Assembly (NCBI GenBank): GCA_944392485.1
Contig: CALXWO010000004.1
Location: 25,039-89,038 of the forward strand
Direction of reading: 5' to 3'
From: an uncultured Clostridia bacterium
Lineage (GTDB): Bacteria; Bacillota; Clostridia; TANB77; CAG-508
Length of the DNA: 64,000 nt
Part shown: piece by piece, positions 33,736 to 45,304 of the stretch
Layout of the letters: each line of letters begins with the position of its first letter
How positions within the stretch are numbered: the first letter of the stretch is position 1
The notes under the pieces: model-generated
The model's database searches: none
Told to the model about the DNA's origin: nothing
What the model saw: only the letters and a program-made list of their open reading frames with translations
Position numbers and translations under genes: made by a program

Positions 33736-36700
33736 TTATTTCAATTTCATTGAAAGCAGTTTTGATATTCCATTTTCCTCCATTGTTATTCCATATACTG
33801 TATCTGCCGCTTCCATTGTTCCTTTTCTGTGTGTTATAACTAAAAATTGTGTGTTTTTTGTAAACTTTTTTAAGTAATCTGCAAATCTATACACATTTAC
33901 ATCATCTAGGGCTGCTTCTATTTCATCTAATACACAAAATGGTGCTGGATTTATTTTTAATATTGCAAATAATAATGCTATTGCTGTAAATGCTTTTTCT
34001 CCTCCTGATAGAAGCAACATGTTTTGGAGTTTTTTTCCTGGTGGCTGTGCCTCAATATCTATTCCACATTCTAATATATTCTCTTCGTCTGTTAATTTAA
34101 CTTCAGCATTTCCTCCGCCAAATAATTCTCTAAAGACTTCTCCAAAATTTTTATTTATTACTTTAAATTGTTTTGCAAATTGATCTTTCATTATTTTTGT
34201 CATATCTTGTATTACTTTCTTTAAGTTACTACTAGAATTTTCTAAATCTAACCTTTGCTCACACATAAAGTCATATCTTTCTTTTGTTTGCTTATATTCT
34301 TCTATGGAATCTATATTTATACTTCCTAAGTCTTTTATTTGGTTTCTTAATGTTTTTACTTTTTTGGCTGTTTCTGCAACATTGTCTGGTTTTTTATATA
34401 AACCGTCTACATTGTTTGGTGTAATTTCGTAGTCTTCCCACATTTTGTTTATAGTTTGTTCAAGTTCATATTCTAGTTTAGATTTTTTAACTTCTTGCTT
34501 ACTTGTTTGTTCTTTTAAGTTGTCTATTATTTTTATTTTTTCTGATATTTCTAGTTCTGCTTTTTCAAGTTCGCTGTTTTTTTCTATTCTTTCTTGTTTT
34601 AATTGTTCTACCTTGCTACCACTAGTTTGTACTTCTTTTTTCATTTTTTCTATTTCTTGATTTAATTCTTCTATTTCTTCTTCTAATTTTTTATTGTCTT
34701 CTAAAGCTTTTTCTCTTAATGTTTTTTTGTTTTCTATGCTTTTTTTGTTATTTTCTATATCTTGGTCTATTCTATTTATTAATTCATCAATAGATGTGCT
34801 ACTTTCATCAAAAGAAGAAACAGAAATTTTTAAGTTTGTTATATCAAAATTTAAATCGTCTATATCTTTTTGTTTATCTTTATTTTTTTCACTAAACGCT
34901 TTTATTTGTGTATTTAATTCTTCTGATTCTTTTTCTATTATTTCGATTTCCCTGCTTAAATCCTCTTTTGTTTTTTTACTTTTTTCTTTTTCTTCTCCTA
35001 TTTCTTTTATTTCATTTCTTAATTTTTCTAATTTTGCTTCTAGCCTTTTTATAGTGTCTTCTATTGCTACTACTTTTTGCTTTTCTGTAGCATATACTAT
35101 TTCTGTATCTTGCATAGTATGTTCTAGTCCCATAACTTCTTCTAGAACTTCTTCATTATCTTTTTCGTAATTTTCTTTTTCTTTTTGCATGTCTTCTATC
35201 TTTTTTGCAAGTTTTTTTATTTCTTTTTCTAATTCTTGTATTTGCGAAGTTCTCCCTATAATGTTATTAAATTTAGTATTATTTGATCCTCCTGTTATTG
35301 CTCCGCTAGGGTTTATTACATCACCTTTTAATGTAACAATTCTAAATGAATATTTGTTTTTTCTTGCAAGTGTAATTGCATTTTCCATTGTCTCTACTAT
35401 TACTGTACGTCCTAATAAATTTAAAATTATATCCTCATATTTTTTATTTACTTTTACTAGGTCTGAAGCAATTCCTATTACTCCATCTGTTTTACTTATT
35501 TTTTCTAATTTTCTTCCTTTTACAGCAGAAATTGGAAGAAATGATGCTCTTCCTAAATTGTTTTTTCTTAAATGCTCTATTAATTTTTTTGCATCTTCTT
35601 CTGTATCTGTAACAATATTTTGTAATGCTTGCCCTAGTGCCATTTCTATGGCAGTTTCATATTCTTTTTCTACTGATATAATGTTTGCAAGAACTCCATG
35701 CATTCCTTTTTTTAAGCCTGTATCTTTTTCGCAATCTAGTAATAATGATTTTACACTTCTTATATATCCTTCTTTTTCTTTTTCCATGTCATTTAAAAAT
35801 TTAAGTTTTGAATCTTTTATTCTCATTTCACTAGACATATTATTTATTTTGTTTTCGTATTCTTGTATTTTAGATAAACTTTCTTCTTTTTTTGTAGATA
35901 TTTCTTCTAGTTTTTTAGTTATCTCATTTCTTTGTGCTTCTATTTCATAAAATGTTTTTGATATTTCATCTTTTTCTAAACGTTTTTGGTCTAATTCTGA
36001 AATGGTCTCTTGTATTTCGTTTTTTACTACCTTTTCTCTTTTTTCAAAATTTTCATAATTTATTTCTTGAGTATTAATTAAACTTGATTTCTCATATTTT
36101 AAGTCTATGTTTTCTTCTACTTTCTTTTTCTTTTCTTCTATCTTTTTTTCTTCTTCTGATAATTTTGCACTTATTTTTTCTAGCTCTTTTTCTTTTTCTT
36201 CTAATTCTTTTGCAAATTTTTCTCTATTAGAAAATAGGTTTGTCTTTTTTTCTAATCTTTGTTTCTTTTCTTCTTCTAATTCTGTTATTCTTATGCCTAC
36301 TTCTTCTATTTCTTTTAAATATCTATCATAGTTTTCGTTATTATTTGCTATTCTTTCTTTTGCTATATTTATATCTGAATTTATTTTCTCTTGCTTTTTG
36401 CTCGTTTCAAAACCTAAGTTTTGTGTTTCTTCTATTTTGGACGTAATTTCATCTATTTTAGCTTTAAGCATCTCCTTTAACTCTTGCTTTTCTTGCTGTT
36501 TTGCATCCTCTTGAGCTGTTTGATTATTAAATATTTCTATATCTTTTGCTATTTCTTCTATTTTTTGTTTATAATTATCTATATTGTATAAAAATAGTCC
36601 TACTTCAATTCCTTTTAATTCTTCTCTTAAATCTAAAAATTTTTTTGCCTTTTCTGATTGTTTTTTTAATGGATCTAAATTTACTTCTATTTCTGATAAT

Positions 36701-37282
36701 ATGTCATTTATTCTAAGAAGATTTAATTTTGTTTGTTCTAGTTTTTTTTCAGAATCAGCTTTTCTTACTCTATATTTTACAATACCTGCTGCCTCTTCAA
36801 AAATAGCACGTCTATCTTCTGATTTATTACTTAGTATTTCATCTATTTTGCCTTGCCCTATTATAGAATAACCGATCTTTTCCTATACCTGTGTCCATAA
36901 AAAGTTCTAATACGTCTTTTAATCTACAAGGTGTTTTGTTTATAAAGTATCCTGATTCTCCACTTCTATATAGTCTTCTTGTTACTGTAACTTCTGAATA
37001 TTCTATCGGAAGTTTTCCATCTGTATTGTCTATTACAATTGAACTTTCTGCAAACCCTAGGGATTTTCTACTTTGTGTTCCTGCAAATATAATATCTTCT
37101 GATTTTGATCCCCTTAATGATTTCATGCTTTGTTCACCAAGTACCCATCTTATGCTATCAGATATATTACTTTTACCTGAACCATTAGGTCCAATAACAG
37201 CTGTAATTCCTGGCATAAACTCTAGTACAGTTTTATCTGCAAATGATTTAAATCCCTGTAATTCTAATCTTTTTAAGTACAT
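33736..37282 (-). CDS. smc: Chromosome partition protein Smc, with multiple apparent frameshifts between 36470 and 36840.
   Basis: The N-terminal Walker A is [23 protein letters not shown]. Then come the long coiled coil and the C-terminal [18 protein letters not shown]...[10 protein letters not shown] (signature plus Walker B). A GAAGGAG RBS precedes 37282. Confidence 0.85.
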
Positions 37283-37440
37283 TTTTCTCTCCTTCAAAGA
37301 AAATAGATGCCTATAGCATCTTTTTCTTAAAAACTAATATTATATATAATATATTAAAAAAAGGTTTTTATCAACATTTTTTTGCATTTTTTAAGGACGA
37401 ATTAAGTTCGCCCTTAAAATTTTAAACTAATACAAATATT

Positions 37441-38958
37441 TTATGTATAAAATTCTTCTATAGGCACTTCTTGTCCATCTATGCTTACTGTACCGCTACT
37501 AAGGTTTCTTTCTTCTTCTATAGCTTGCGTTGTACTTTCACTTGCCTCTTGTGCTGTTTCGAATAATCCGTTCGTAAATGCTCTATATGTAGAAATAATA
37601 ATTTCGTTTTCCAATTTTTCTAATACCATTGGTTGTAGATTTATAAATAAATTGTTTAATTGTTCTTGTGGTAAATTATTTATTACTAAATAATTTCCTT
37701 CTGTAAAATCTTGTATCTCTTGGTTTTGAGAAAAATCAGTTGTATTACTTAATTCAAACGCAACATCTGTTCCTTCTATGCTAGTAGTAAAAGACATATT
37801 GTTTGTAATATTTGATGATGTAAGTGCTCCTGTTCTATTTAAAGAAATATTATAATTTCCTGTTTCTTGGTTATTTTCTTTTAAAATAATATTTGCATTA
37901 ATAGTTTTTTGTTCTGGAGTGTTTATTGTTTTTGTAGCTACTATGCTTATTTGACTATTAGCTGTATTATCTATAACATATGCTGAAAATGTCAATCCAG
38001 AATTTATTTTATCTAATGATAATTCTATTGTTTTATTATTTTCTGGTAAAATTGATATTGCTAGTTTTACTGTATTTTTTTCCTTTTTATATACTGATAT
38101 TTTTATAAAATCTATATTTTCTTCACTACTTATTTCTCCAGATAAATCTGTTATCATTCCATCTATTGTAGATTGGTAATCTTCAATAGATATATTATTT
38201 GTTTTATTAAATAAATTATATGTTTCTTGGTCATTTTTTGCTGTTTCTAAAACATTTAATAAGATATTTCTAAAATCATTTAATTTTATTGTTACAGCAT
38301 ATCCATCTGCATTTATTTTAGCATTTCCAACTAATATGCTGTTCATTTCTATTTTTGAATAATTATCCTGTGGAATTTCTTCAATAATGTTATTTAAATA
38401 TTTATTTATTATTGGTTTTATTTCTTCATAATTTATACTAGAATTTACATTATTAAAATCTATTTTATCTGGTATTGCATCTAAATTTTCTGCTCCTAAC
38501 TTACCTACAAATTCCTTTAGATTATTGTTTTCGATTACTATATATTGATTTATTATATCTTGAAACTGTATTCCAATTAAATCTTGATTTTGTAAATAAT
38601 TTAGTGTTAATAAATTGTTATCATCTCTATTTATTGCAATTTGTAATTCTTCTTTCTGATTTGTAGGGTCAGAATTTCCATTGTATGTTATTGTTTCTCT
38701 ATTGCTATTTTCTCCTTCTGCTATATTTATATTAATTTCTCCGCTAGTAGAATGAGGATTACTTGATAATCTTTTTGTATAATTACTATATTCTTCTAAA
38801 TCAATTAATTCCTTCAAATCAATTTGTGATATGTATTTGTAAAACAATTCTTGCTCAGATTTAAAAATATCTGTTGCAAAATATAATGCTACAAATATTC
38901 CACATAACAACACTAGCATAACTACTAATGTTATAATTATAATTTGAGTTTTTTTCAT
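37441..38958 (-). CDS. Hypothetical membrane-anchored Asn/Ser/Thr-rich protein of 505 aa.
   Basis: It has a single N-terminal TM segment and a large extracytoplasmic low-complexity domain. No motif was recognised. Confidence 0.4.
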   Translation of the reverse strand: MKKTQIIIITLVVMLVLLCGIFVALYFATDIFKSEQELFYKYISQIDLKELIDLEEYSNYTKRLSSNPHSTSGEININIAEGENSNRETITYNGNSDPTNQKEELQIAINRDDNNLLTLNYLQNQDLIGIQFQDIINQYIVIENNNLKEFVGKLGAENLDAIPDKIDFNNVNSSINYEEIKPIINKYLNNIIEEIPQDNYSKIEMNSILVGNAKINADGYAVTIKLNDFRNILLNVLETAKNDQETYNLFNKTNNISIEDYQSTIDGMITDLSGEISSEENIDFIKISVYKKEKNTVKLAISILPENNKTIELSLDKINSGLTFSAYVIDNTANSQISIVATKTINTPEQKTINANIILKENNQETGNYNISLNRTGALTSSNITNNMSFTTSIEGTDVAFELSNTTDFSQNQEIQDFTEGNYLVINNLPQEQLNNLFINLQPMVLEKLENEIIISTYRAFTNGLFETAQEASESTTQAIEEERNLSSGTVSIDGQEVPIEEFYT

Positions 38959-39109
38959 ATGTTACCTCTCCTATTTAATACAATATTTTTACTTTTAAAT
39001 TATATCATATCAAGTTTTTTATATCTACAATTTTTGTCACTTTTTTATTGTTTTTTACATAGTATATATTAAGCTAAATGCTAATTATAATATAAAAGGA
39101 ATGATATTA

Positions 39110-39529
39110 ATGGATTTTGAAAAAGATTTTTGTCCTGTTGTTAAAGTTGACGGTTTTATAGAAAAAGGCAAACAATTTGATTTAGAAATTAATCTTCCAG
39201 AAGATAACAGAAATGTAATTTATGGTGTAATAAAAGACTGCTATAAAGATCCTGTAGAAGATGCTGTTGTAAAATTAATTGAAGTGTGTTACGAATATGG
39301 TAAGGAAGAAAGAAAGCCTGTTTCTCATACATTTACTGATGAAAATGGTGAATTTGTATTTGGACCTCTTTGTCCAGATAAATCATATGAAATACAAGTT
39401 TGGGTAAATAGAGTTAAACATGTTAAAATTTGTGCTGAATGCAAAAGAAAAGGAAAATGTTTAAAGGGCGTTAAACTTGATTGCGATAAAAAGGATTGCA
39501 AAGATAATTGCGAAAATCCTTGTAAATAA
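39110..39529 (+). CDS. Hypothetical Cys-rich protein; possible spore coat component.
   Basis: The C-terminal cluster is CAECKRKGKCLKGVKLDCDKKDCKDNCENPC. The probable start is MDFEKDF at 39110. Confidence 0.35.
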   Translation: MDFEKDFCPVVKVDGFIEKGKQFDLEINLPEDNRNVIYGVIKDCYKDPVEDAVVKLIEVCYEYGKEERKPVSHTFTDENGEFVFGPLCPDKSYEIQVWVNRVKHVKICAECKRKGKCLKGVKLDCDKKDCKDNCENPCK

Positions 39530-39534
39530 GGCAT

Positions 39535-39567
39535 AAAAAAAGTGGCTTTATAATAAGCCACTTTTTT
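39535..39567. terminator. Bidirectional stem-loop terminator.
   Basis: aaaaaagtggcttat aat aagccactttttt. Confidence 0.6.
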
Positions 39568-39702
39568 ATGCCATTCCCATTTTTTTAGCCAATTTTCTTC
39601 CTGTTTTCATTAATTTTCTTTTGTTCATCATCCCTTCGCTATACATAAATGTAACACCTGCTGCTATTGCTGTTCCAATTAACATACCTTTTACAAATTT
39701 CA
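39566..39702 (-). CDS. Small membrane protein of 45 aa, below the ORF-track size cutoff.
   Basis: MKFVKGMLIGTAIAAGVTFMYSEGMMNKRKLMKTGRKLAKKMGMA. An AAAGGAG RBS lies 8 nt upstream. Confidence 0.4.
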
Positions 39703-39705
39703 TAA

Positions 39706-40116
39706 TTAAAATCTCCTTTCTAAATTGTAATTTACATTATTATTTCTTTTGGAATCTTTTTTATACAACTTTATTAAAGAATAAATTTCGTAAATTGTAA
39801 TTAATATTAAAAAATACCCAAAATATTTTTTTAAATGTTCTACATCCATGTTTACTGAAATTTTAGCCCCTACAATTGCACCTATTATTCCAGATATTGC
39901 AACTGGTATTCCTATTTTCCAATCTATTAATTTATCTTTAATTGTAGTTATAATTGCTGTAATAGATGTTGGTACAAAAAATATTAAATTTGTTGCTTGT
40001 GCAATATGCTGATCTATTCCCATAAAAACAGATAGTATAAGAATTAGAATTGTTCCTCCTCCCATACCTGTACCACTTACTACTCCAGAAATTACGCCTG
40101 TTAAAACCTCCATCAT
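39706..40116 (-). CDS. TauE/SafE (TSUP) family half-size permease, C-terminal-like half.
   Basis: It has 4 predicted TM helices and a Gly-rich motif typical of DUF81. It has its own AAGGTG RBS and ATG. Confidence 0.6.
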   Translation of the reverse strand: MMEVLTGVISGVVSGTGMGGGTILILILSVFMGIDQHIAQATNLIFFVPTSITAIITTIKDKLIDWKIGIPVAISGIIGAIVGAKISVNMDVEHLKKYFGYFLILITIYEIYSLIKLYKKDSKRNNNVNYNLERRF

Positions 40117-40125
40117 AATTACACC

Positions 40126-40479
40126 TTAAATAATTAATTTTATGGATACATAAGCCAAAAATATTATAAAAGTTATTTTTAATACTTTATTAGATGCTAT
40201 TTTTAATAATTTAGCTCCTAAAAATCCACCTATAATTCCTCCTAATGCACATTTTACTCCTGTTTGCCAGTCTATAAAATTATTACTATAATAAAAAAAT
40301 CCGCTAGTTATAACCATTGGCAGTATTGCAAATATGCATGTTGCCCTTGCTTTTGCTTCATCCATTTTAAATACATGAGTAAGTATAGGCACTACAATCA
40401 TTCCGCCTCCTGCTGCAAACAATCCGCTTATCAAACCCGCAACAATTCCCAATAAAATTTTTTTAATCATGTTTTTCAT
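40126..40479 (-). CDS. TauE/SafE (TSUP) family half-size permease, N-terminal-like half.
   Basis: It has 4 TM helices (GLISGLFAAGGGMIVVPIL). A proper stop codon lies 7 nt before the next start. Confidence 0.6.
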   Translation of the reverse strand: MKNMIKKILLGIVAGLISGLFAAGGGMIVVPILTHVFKMDEAKARATCIFAILPMVITSGFFYYSNNFIDWQTGVKCALGGIIGGFLGAKLLKIASNKVLKITFIIFLAYVSIKLII

Positions 40480-40697
40480 ATTTTTTAATTTCTTTTCTTT
40501 TTATATATTTATTTTTACTAAAACAAATTTTTTTATACTCCGATTTTATAAAATATTAGTGCACATTATAATAATATTTTTACTGTTAGGCAATATTTTA
40601 TTACGTTTATCGTTATATTAGTTTTACTCCATGTTATTTTAAAACATTAGATGATAAAATTTATTGAAAATTAATATATAAAGAGAGATGAGTTTTC

Positions 40698-40910
40698 ATG
40701 ATTAAAATAAAGTTATCCGATTTATTAGGTAAAAACAAGATGACTCAAAAAGCTTTGTCAGATATAACAGGCATTAGACCAGCAACCGTTTCAAAAATGT
40801 ATTATGAAGAAATAAAAAGAATTGATGTAAAGCATTTAGATAACATATGCAAGGCTTTTAATTGTGAAATTTCTGAATTATTAGAATATATTCCAGATGA
40901 AAAGAAATAA
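40698..40910 (+). CDS. XRE-family HTH transcriptional regulator of 70 aa.
   Basis: MTQKALSDITGIRPATVSKM is a Cro/C1-type helix-turn-helix. Confidence 0.7.
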   Translation: MIKIKLSDLLGKNKMTQKALSDITGIRPATVSKMYYEEIKRIDVKHLDNICKAFNCEISELLEYIPDEKK

Positions 40911-40920
40911 GAAAAACAAA

Positions 40921-40980
40921 AAGGGACAGACCCCTTTCGTTTCAAAAGCTAATTGAAACGAAAGGGGTCTGTCCCTTTTT
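40921..40980. terminator. Bidirectional terminator; a 25-bp perfect palindrome.
   Basis: aagggacagacccctttcgtttcaa ... ttgaaacgaaaggggtctgtccctt tttt. Confidence 0.65.
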
Positions 40981-40983
40981 GTT

Positions 40984-42230
40984 TTATTCTATTGTATCAT
41001 CTTTTATATAATATTTTGTTCCAAGCATTTTGTCTGGCAAGTATTGCTGCTCAACTACATGTCCTGGATAATCATGTGGATATTTATATCCTACCGAATA
41101 ACCAAAGTCTTTCATTCCTTCTGCCGGTGCGTTTCTAATATGCATTGGAATTTCTCCTGTGTCTTTTGTTCTTACATCTGCCAAAGCCCTATCTATTGCT
41201 AAATATGTTGCATTTGATTTTTTTGAATTTGCAACATAAATTGCCGCTTCTGAAAGTATTATTCTTGCTTCTGGCATTCCAACACTTGCTACTGCTTGCA
41301 TTGCACTATTTGCAACAACCAAAGCATTTGGGTTTGCAAGTCCAACATCTTCTGCTGCTGCAATTACTATTCTTCTTGCAATAAATACTGGGTCTTCTCC
41401 GCCTTCTATTGCTCTTGCTAAATAAAATGCTGTTGCATCTGGGTCGCTTCCTCTCATAGATTTTATAAATGCACTAATGTTATCATAGTGGCTATCTCCA
41501 GATTTATCAAATACTGCCTTTTTCTTCCCTACACATTCTGCTGCAATTTCGTTTGTAATATTTATTTTTCCGTTTTGGTCTATTGGCGTTGTAAGTACTG
41601 CAACTTCTAAACTATTTAATGCTGTTCTTACATCTCCATTTGAAATTTCTGCTATCTTTTTTAATGTGCTATCTTCTATATTTATATTATAACTTCCTAA
41701 TCCTTCTGGATTTTTTATTGCATTTTTTAATATTGTAAATACATTTTCTATTGTTAATGGTTTTAACCTAAATACCATAGATCTTGAAATTAATGCCTTA
41801 TTCACCTCAAAATATGGGTTTTCTGTAGTTGCTCCAATTAATATAACTGTTCCATCTTCTACATATGGAAGCAATGCATCTTGTTGAAGTTTATTAAACC
41901 TATGTATCTCATCTATAAATAAAATACATTTCCCACTAGGGTTAAGAAGTGGATTCTTTGCTTCTTCTATAGCTCTTTTTATATCATTTACACCACTTGT
42001 TACTGCATTTAATTTTATAAATTTATATTTTGTTGTATTGCTTATAACTTTAGCAAGAGATGTTTTCCCGAGAACCTGTTGGACCCCATAAAATTATACT
42101 AGATAATCTATCTGCTTTTATTGTTCTATATAATATTTTATCTTTTCCTAATATTTCTTCTTGCCCAACAAATTCTTCTAGTGTTTTTGGTCTTACTCTG
42201 TGGGCTAAAGGTATATTTAAATCCATGGTA
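40984..42230 (-). CDS. rarA: Replication-associated recombination protein A (RarA/MgsA AAA+ ATPase), with one apparent frameshift near 42065.
   Basis: The N-terminus is MDLNIPLAHRVRPKTLEEFVGQEEILG and the Walker A is GPTGSGKTSLAKV. The C-terminus is MHIRNAPAEGMKDFGYSVGYKYPHDYP...QQYLPD. A GAGGAG RBS is present. Confidence 0.8.
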
Positions 42231-42244
42231 TTCTCCTCTCAAAC

Positions 42245-42379
42245 AAATTGTAATTTGCGTGTTGTGATGTGAGAGGTGTGAAGTGTGAGGTGTGCTTTTT
42301 AGGGCTAGGCTACGTAAGGCTTACCCTAATTTCACACTTCCCACATCCCACTTCTCACTTCTCATACAAATTACAATTT
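42245..42379. repeat. TIR-family miniature element, cargo type A (second copy).
   Basis: About 97% identical to 522..655. The right terminus overlaps the ruvA stop codon. Confidence 0.65.
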
Positions 42380-42975
42380 ATTTTCCTAAATACTTTAATG
42401 CTTGTTTTATTATTTCTTCTAATTCCAGATTTTTAATATCTATTTTTTCTAATGTTTTTTCTATTTCTTTTCTTGTGTACCCTAAAACTTGTAATGCTGC
42501 TACTGCTTCTTCTGCATCACTTTCTCTTTCGATAATATTGTTTATTTCTTTGTTTTCTTCTATTGCATTTTCTGTTTTTAATTTATCTTTTAATTCTAAA
42601 ATAATTCTTGCTGCTGTTTTTTTACCAACTCCTGGTATTTTTACAAGTTTTGATATATCATCTGAAATTACTGCAAGTGCAAAACTCGAAGGACTAATTT
42701 GAGATAACATTGCAATTGCAGATTTTGCTCCGACTCCGACTTACTGATAATAAAAGTTCAAACATTCTTAGTTCTTCGTTTGAAGAAAATCCATATAAAC
42801 TAATGTTATCTTCTCTTACATAGTAATATGTATATACTTTTACTATGTTACCTATTTCTCCTATATTTTCAATTGAATTAGTTGGCATAAATATTTTATA
42901 CCCAATCCCTTGTACATCGATTATTACAAATGTATCTGTTTTTGTATCTAAAGTTCCTTTTACATATGCAATCAT
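42378..42975 (-). CDS. ruvA: Holliday junction branch-migration protein RuvA, with one apparent frameshift near 42715.
   Basis: MIAYVKGTLDTKTDTFVIIDVQGIGYKIFMP is the N-terminus. The HhH region ..KIPGVGKKTAARIILELKDKL is in the second ORF. An AAGGAG RBS is present. Confidence 0.8.
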
Positions 42976-43047
42976 TTTTATTCTCCTTGCAAACAAATTT
43001 TCTGTTCATATTTTATCACATTTAATTTTTTTTGCAATAGTTTTTTA

Positions 43048-44886
43048 TTATTCAACTGTTACTGATTTTGCAAGATTTCTTGGTTTATCTACATCTAACC
43101 CTTTTTCTTTTGAAATATAATATGCAAATAATTGCATTGGAATTACTGATAATATTGGTGATATTAAAGGATTCGTTTTTGGAAGTTTTATTACCTCGTT
43201 TAATCCATCATTTTTTATATCTTCACTTGTAATTGCAAGTACTTTTGCACCTCTTGTTACAACTTCTTGTATATTACTAATTGATTTTTCTACTAAGCTT
43301 GGGTTAGTCATTATTGCAACAACTGTTACTCCATTTTCTATTAAAGCTATTGGCCCATGTTTTAATTCCCCTGATGCATAACTTTCAGAATGTATATATG
43401 AGATTTCTTTTAATTTTAAAGAACCTTCTAAACTTACTGCATAATCTGTTCCTCTACCTAAAAAGAACATATCCTTTTCTTTATATACTTTTCTAGCAAA
43501 TTCTTGTATTTGTTTTGTATTTTTTAATATTTCTTCTATTTGTGTTGGTATTTTTAAAATGTCTGATTTTAAATTATTAATTTCAGATTTATCTACTTTT
43601 TCAAGTTTTTCTGCAAAATACATCCCCAAAATTACTAATAGTGCAACTTGTGATGTATATGCTTTTGTTGATGCAACTGCAATTTCTGGTCCTGCATGTG
43701 TATATATTGAATAATCTGCCTCTCTTGTTATTGAACTTCCAATTACATTTGAAATTGCAAGTGTTTTTGCACCTTTTGATTTTGCAAGCTTTAATGCAGC
43801 TATTGTATCTGCTGTTTCTCCTGATTGGCTTATATAAATACATAAAGTTCTTTCGTCTATTAATGGATCTCTATATCTAAATTCTGATGCAATATCAACT
43901 TCTACTGGTATTTTGCAAAACTTTTCAAATGTTGCTTTTGCTACCAATCCTGCATGCATTGCAGTTCCGCAAGCTACTATATATATTTTATTTAAATTTT
44001 CTAAGTATTCTTTACTAAATTCTAACCCTTCTATTTCTATTTTTCCGTTATCTAACTTTGCTCCCACAGTTTCTCTAATTGCTCTTGGTTGTTCATGTAT
44101 TTCTTTAAGCATAAAATCTTCATATCCATCTTTTTCTGCAGATAATGCTCCCCATTCTATGCTTTTTACTGGTTTTATAATTTCATTTAATTCGCTATCA
44201 TAAAATTTTATTTTATCCCTTGATAATTCTGCGATTTCGTTATCATCTATTAAATAAAAATCTTTTGTATATGAAAGGATTGCAGGAATATCTGATGAAA
44301 TATAGTTTTCTTCTAGTCCCTTTCCTATTACTAGCGGGCTATCTTTTCTTACTACTATCATTTTATCTTTATTATATGTAGATAAAATTTCTATTGCATA
44401 ACTTCCCTTTAAATCTTTGCAAGTATTTTTTACAGCTCTTAACAATTTTTTTTCATCATTTTTACTGTCTTGGTTAAAATAATAATGTAATAAATTTGGA
44501 ATAACTTCTGTATCTGTGGTAGATAAAAATTCATACCCTTTTTCTATTAAAAAATTTTTTAATTCGTGATAATTTTCTATTATTCCGTTATGCACCACCG
44601 CAAAAGATTTACTATTATCTAAATGTGGATGCGAATTTTCTTTTGAAGGCTTACCATGTGTTGCCCATCTTGTATGTGCTATTCCAATTGTTCCTACAAG
44701 TTTATCTATTCCACTCAAATTAGATAAATTATTTACTCTACCTTTATTTTTCATTACAACTATTTTGTCGTCTTCTATTGTTGCAATACCTGCTGAATCA
44801 TATCCTCTATATTCTAATCTCAAAAGACCATTTACCAATATTGGCATTGCTTTTTTATTACCTATATACCCTACAATTCCACACAT
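43048..44886 (-). CDS. glmS: Glutamine--fructose-6-phosphate aminotransferase, intact, 612 aa.
   Basis: MCGIVGYIG is the N-terminal nucleophile. Two SIS domains follow, ending ..VTVE. Confidence 0.9.
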   Translation of the reverse strand: MCGIVGYIGNKKAMPILVNGLLRLEYRGYDSAGIATIEDDKIVVMKNKGRVNNLSNLSGIDKLVGTIGIAHTRWATHGKPSKENSHPHLDNSKSFAVVHNGIIENYHELKNFLIEKGYEFLSTTDTEVIPNLLHYYFNQDSKNDEKKLLRAVKNTCKDLKGSYAIEILSTYNKDKMIVVRKDSPLVIGKGLEENYISSDIPAILSYTKDFYLIDDNEIAELSRDKIKFYDSELNEIIKPVKSIEWGALSAEKDGYEDFMLKEIHEQPRAIRETVGAKLDNGKIEIEGLEFSKEYLENLNKIYIVACGTAMHAGLVAKATFEKFCKIPVEVDIASEFRYRDPLIDERTLCIYISQSGETADTIAALKLAKSKGAKTLAISNVIGSSITREADYSIYTHAGPEIAVASTKAYTSQVALLVILGMYFAEKLEKVDKSEINNLKSDILKIPTQIEEILKNTKQIQEFARKVYKEKDMFFLGRGTDYAVSLEGSLKLKEISYIHSESYASGELKHGPIALIENGVTVVAIMTNPSLVEKSISNIQEVVTRGAKVLAITSEDIKNDGLNEVIKLPKTNPLISPILSVIPMQLFAYYISKEKGLDVDKPRNLAKSVTVE

Positions 44887-44965
44887 TTATTTTACCCCTC
44901 CATATTTAAAGATTTTTTTATTATACCCTATTATATTATATTAATTTTATTTTTGAAGCAAGTCT

Positions 44966-45202
44966 AAATTGTAATTTGCTGTTTAGAGATTAGATGTTAG
45001 AGGTTGGAAATTAATTGCAAACGTTGTAGGGGCGAACTGTGTTCGCCCGATAATAAATATGCAAATTTATTGCAGACATTGTAGGGGCAGATTCTATATC
45101 TGCCCGAAATGGCTTGTTTGTAGGCGGGCGGAAATAGATTCCGCCCCTACAGCGAAAAACCAAATTCCAAAAACAAAATACAATCATAGCAAATTACAAT
45201 TT
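44966..45202. repeat. TIR-family miniature element, cargo type B' (heptamer run plus three REP hairpins).
   Basis: The termini are at 44966-44978 and 45190-45202. Inside are the hairpins tgtaggggcgaactgtgttcgccc, tgtaggggcagattctatatctgccc and gtaggcgggcggaaatagattccgcccctacag. Confidence 0.65.
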
Positions 45203-45304
45203 ATGTGTTTTACAATTGTTGTTTTTATGGTATTATATATATAAATAAAATTTTTATACGAATTTAATTTTAAATGATGCATGTTATTGCAGGGGGTAAA
45301 TAAT

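Noticed and set aside
42060-42272. Plus-strand 70-aa ORF.
   Set aside because: It lies inside rarA on the opposite strand at the rarA frameshift site, and is spurious.
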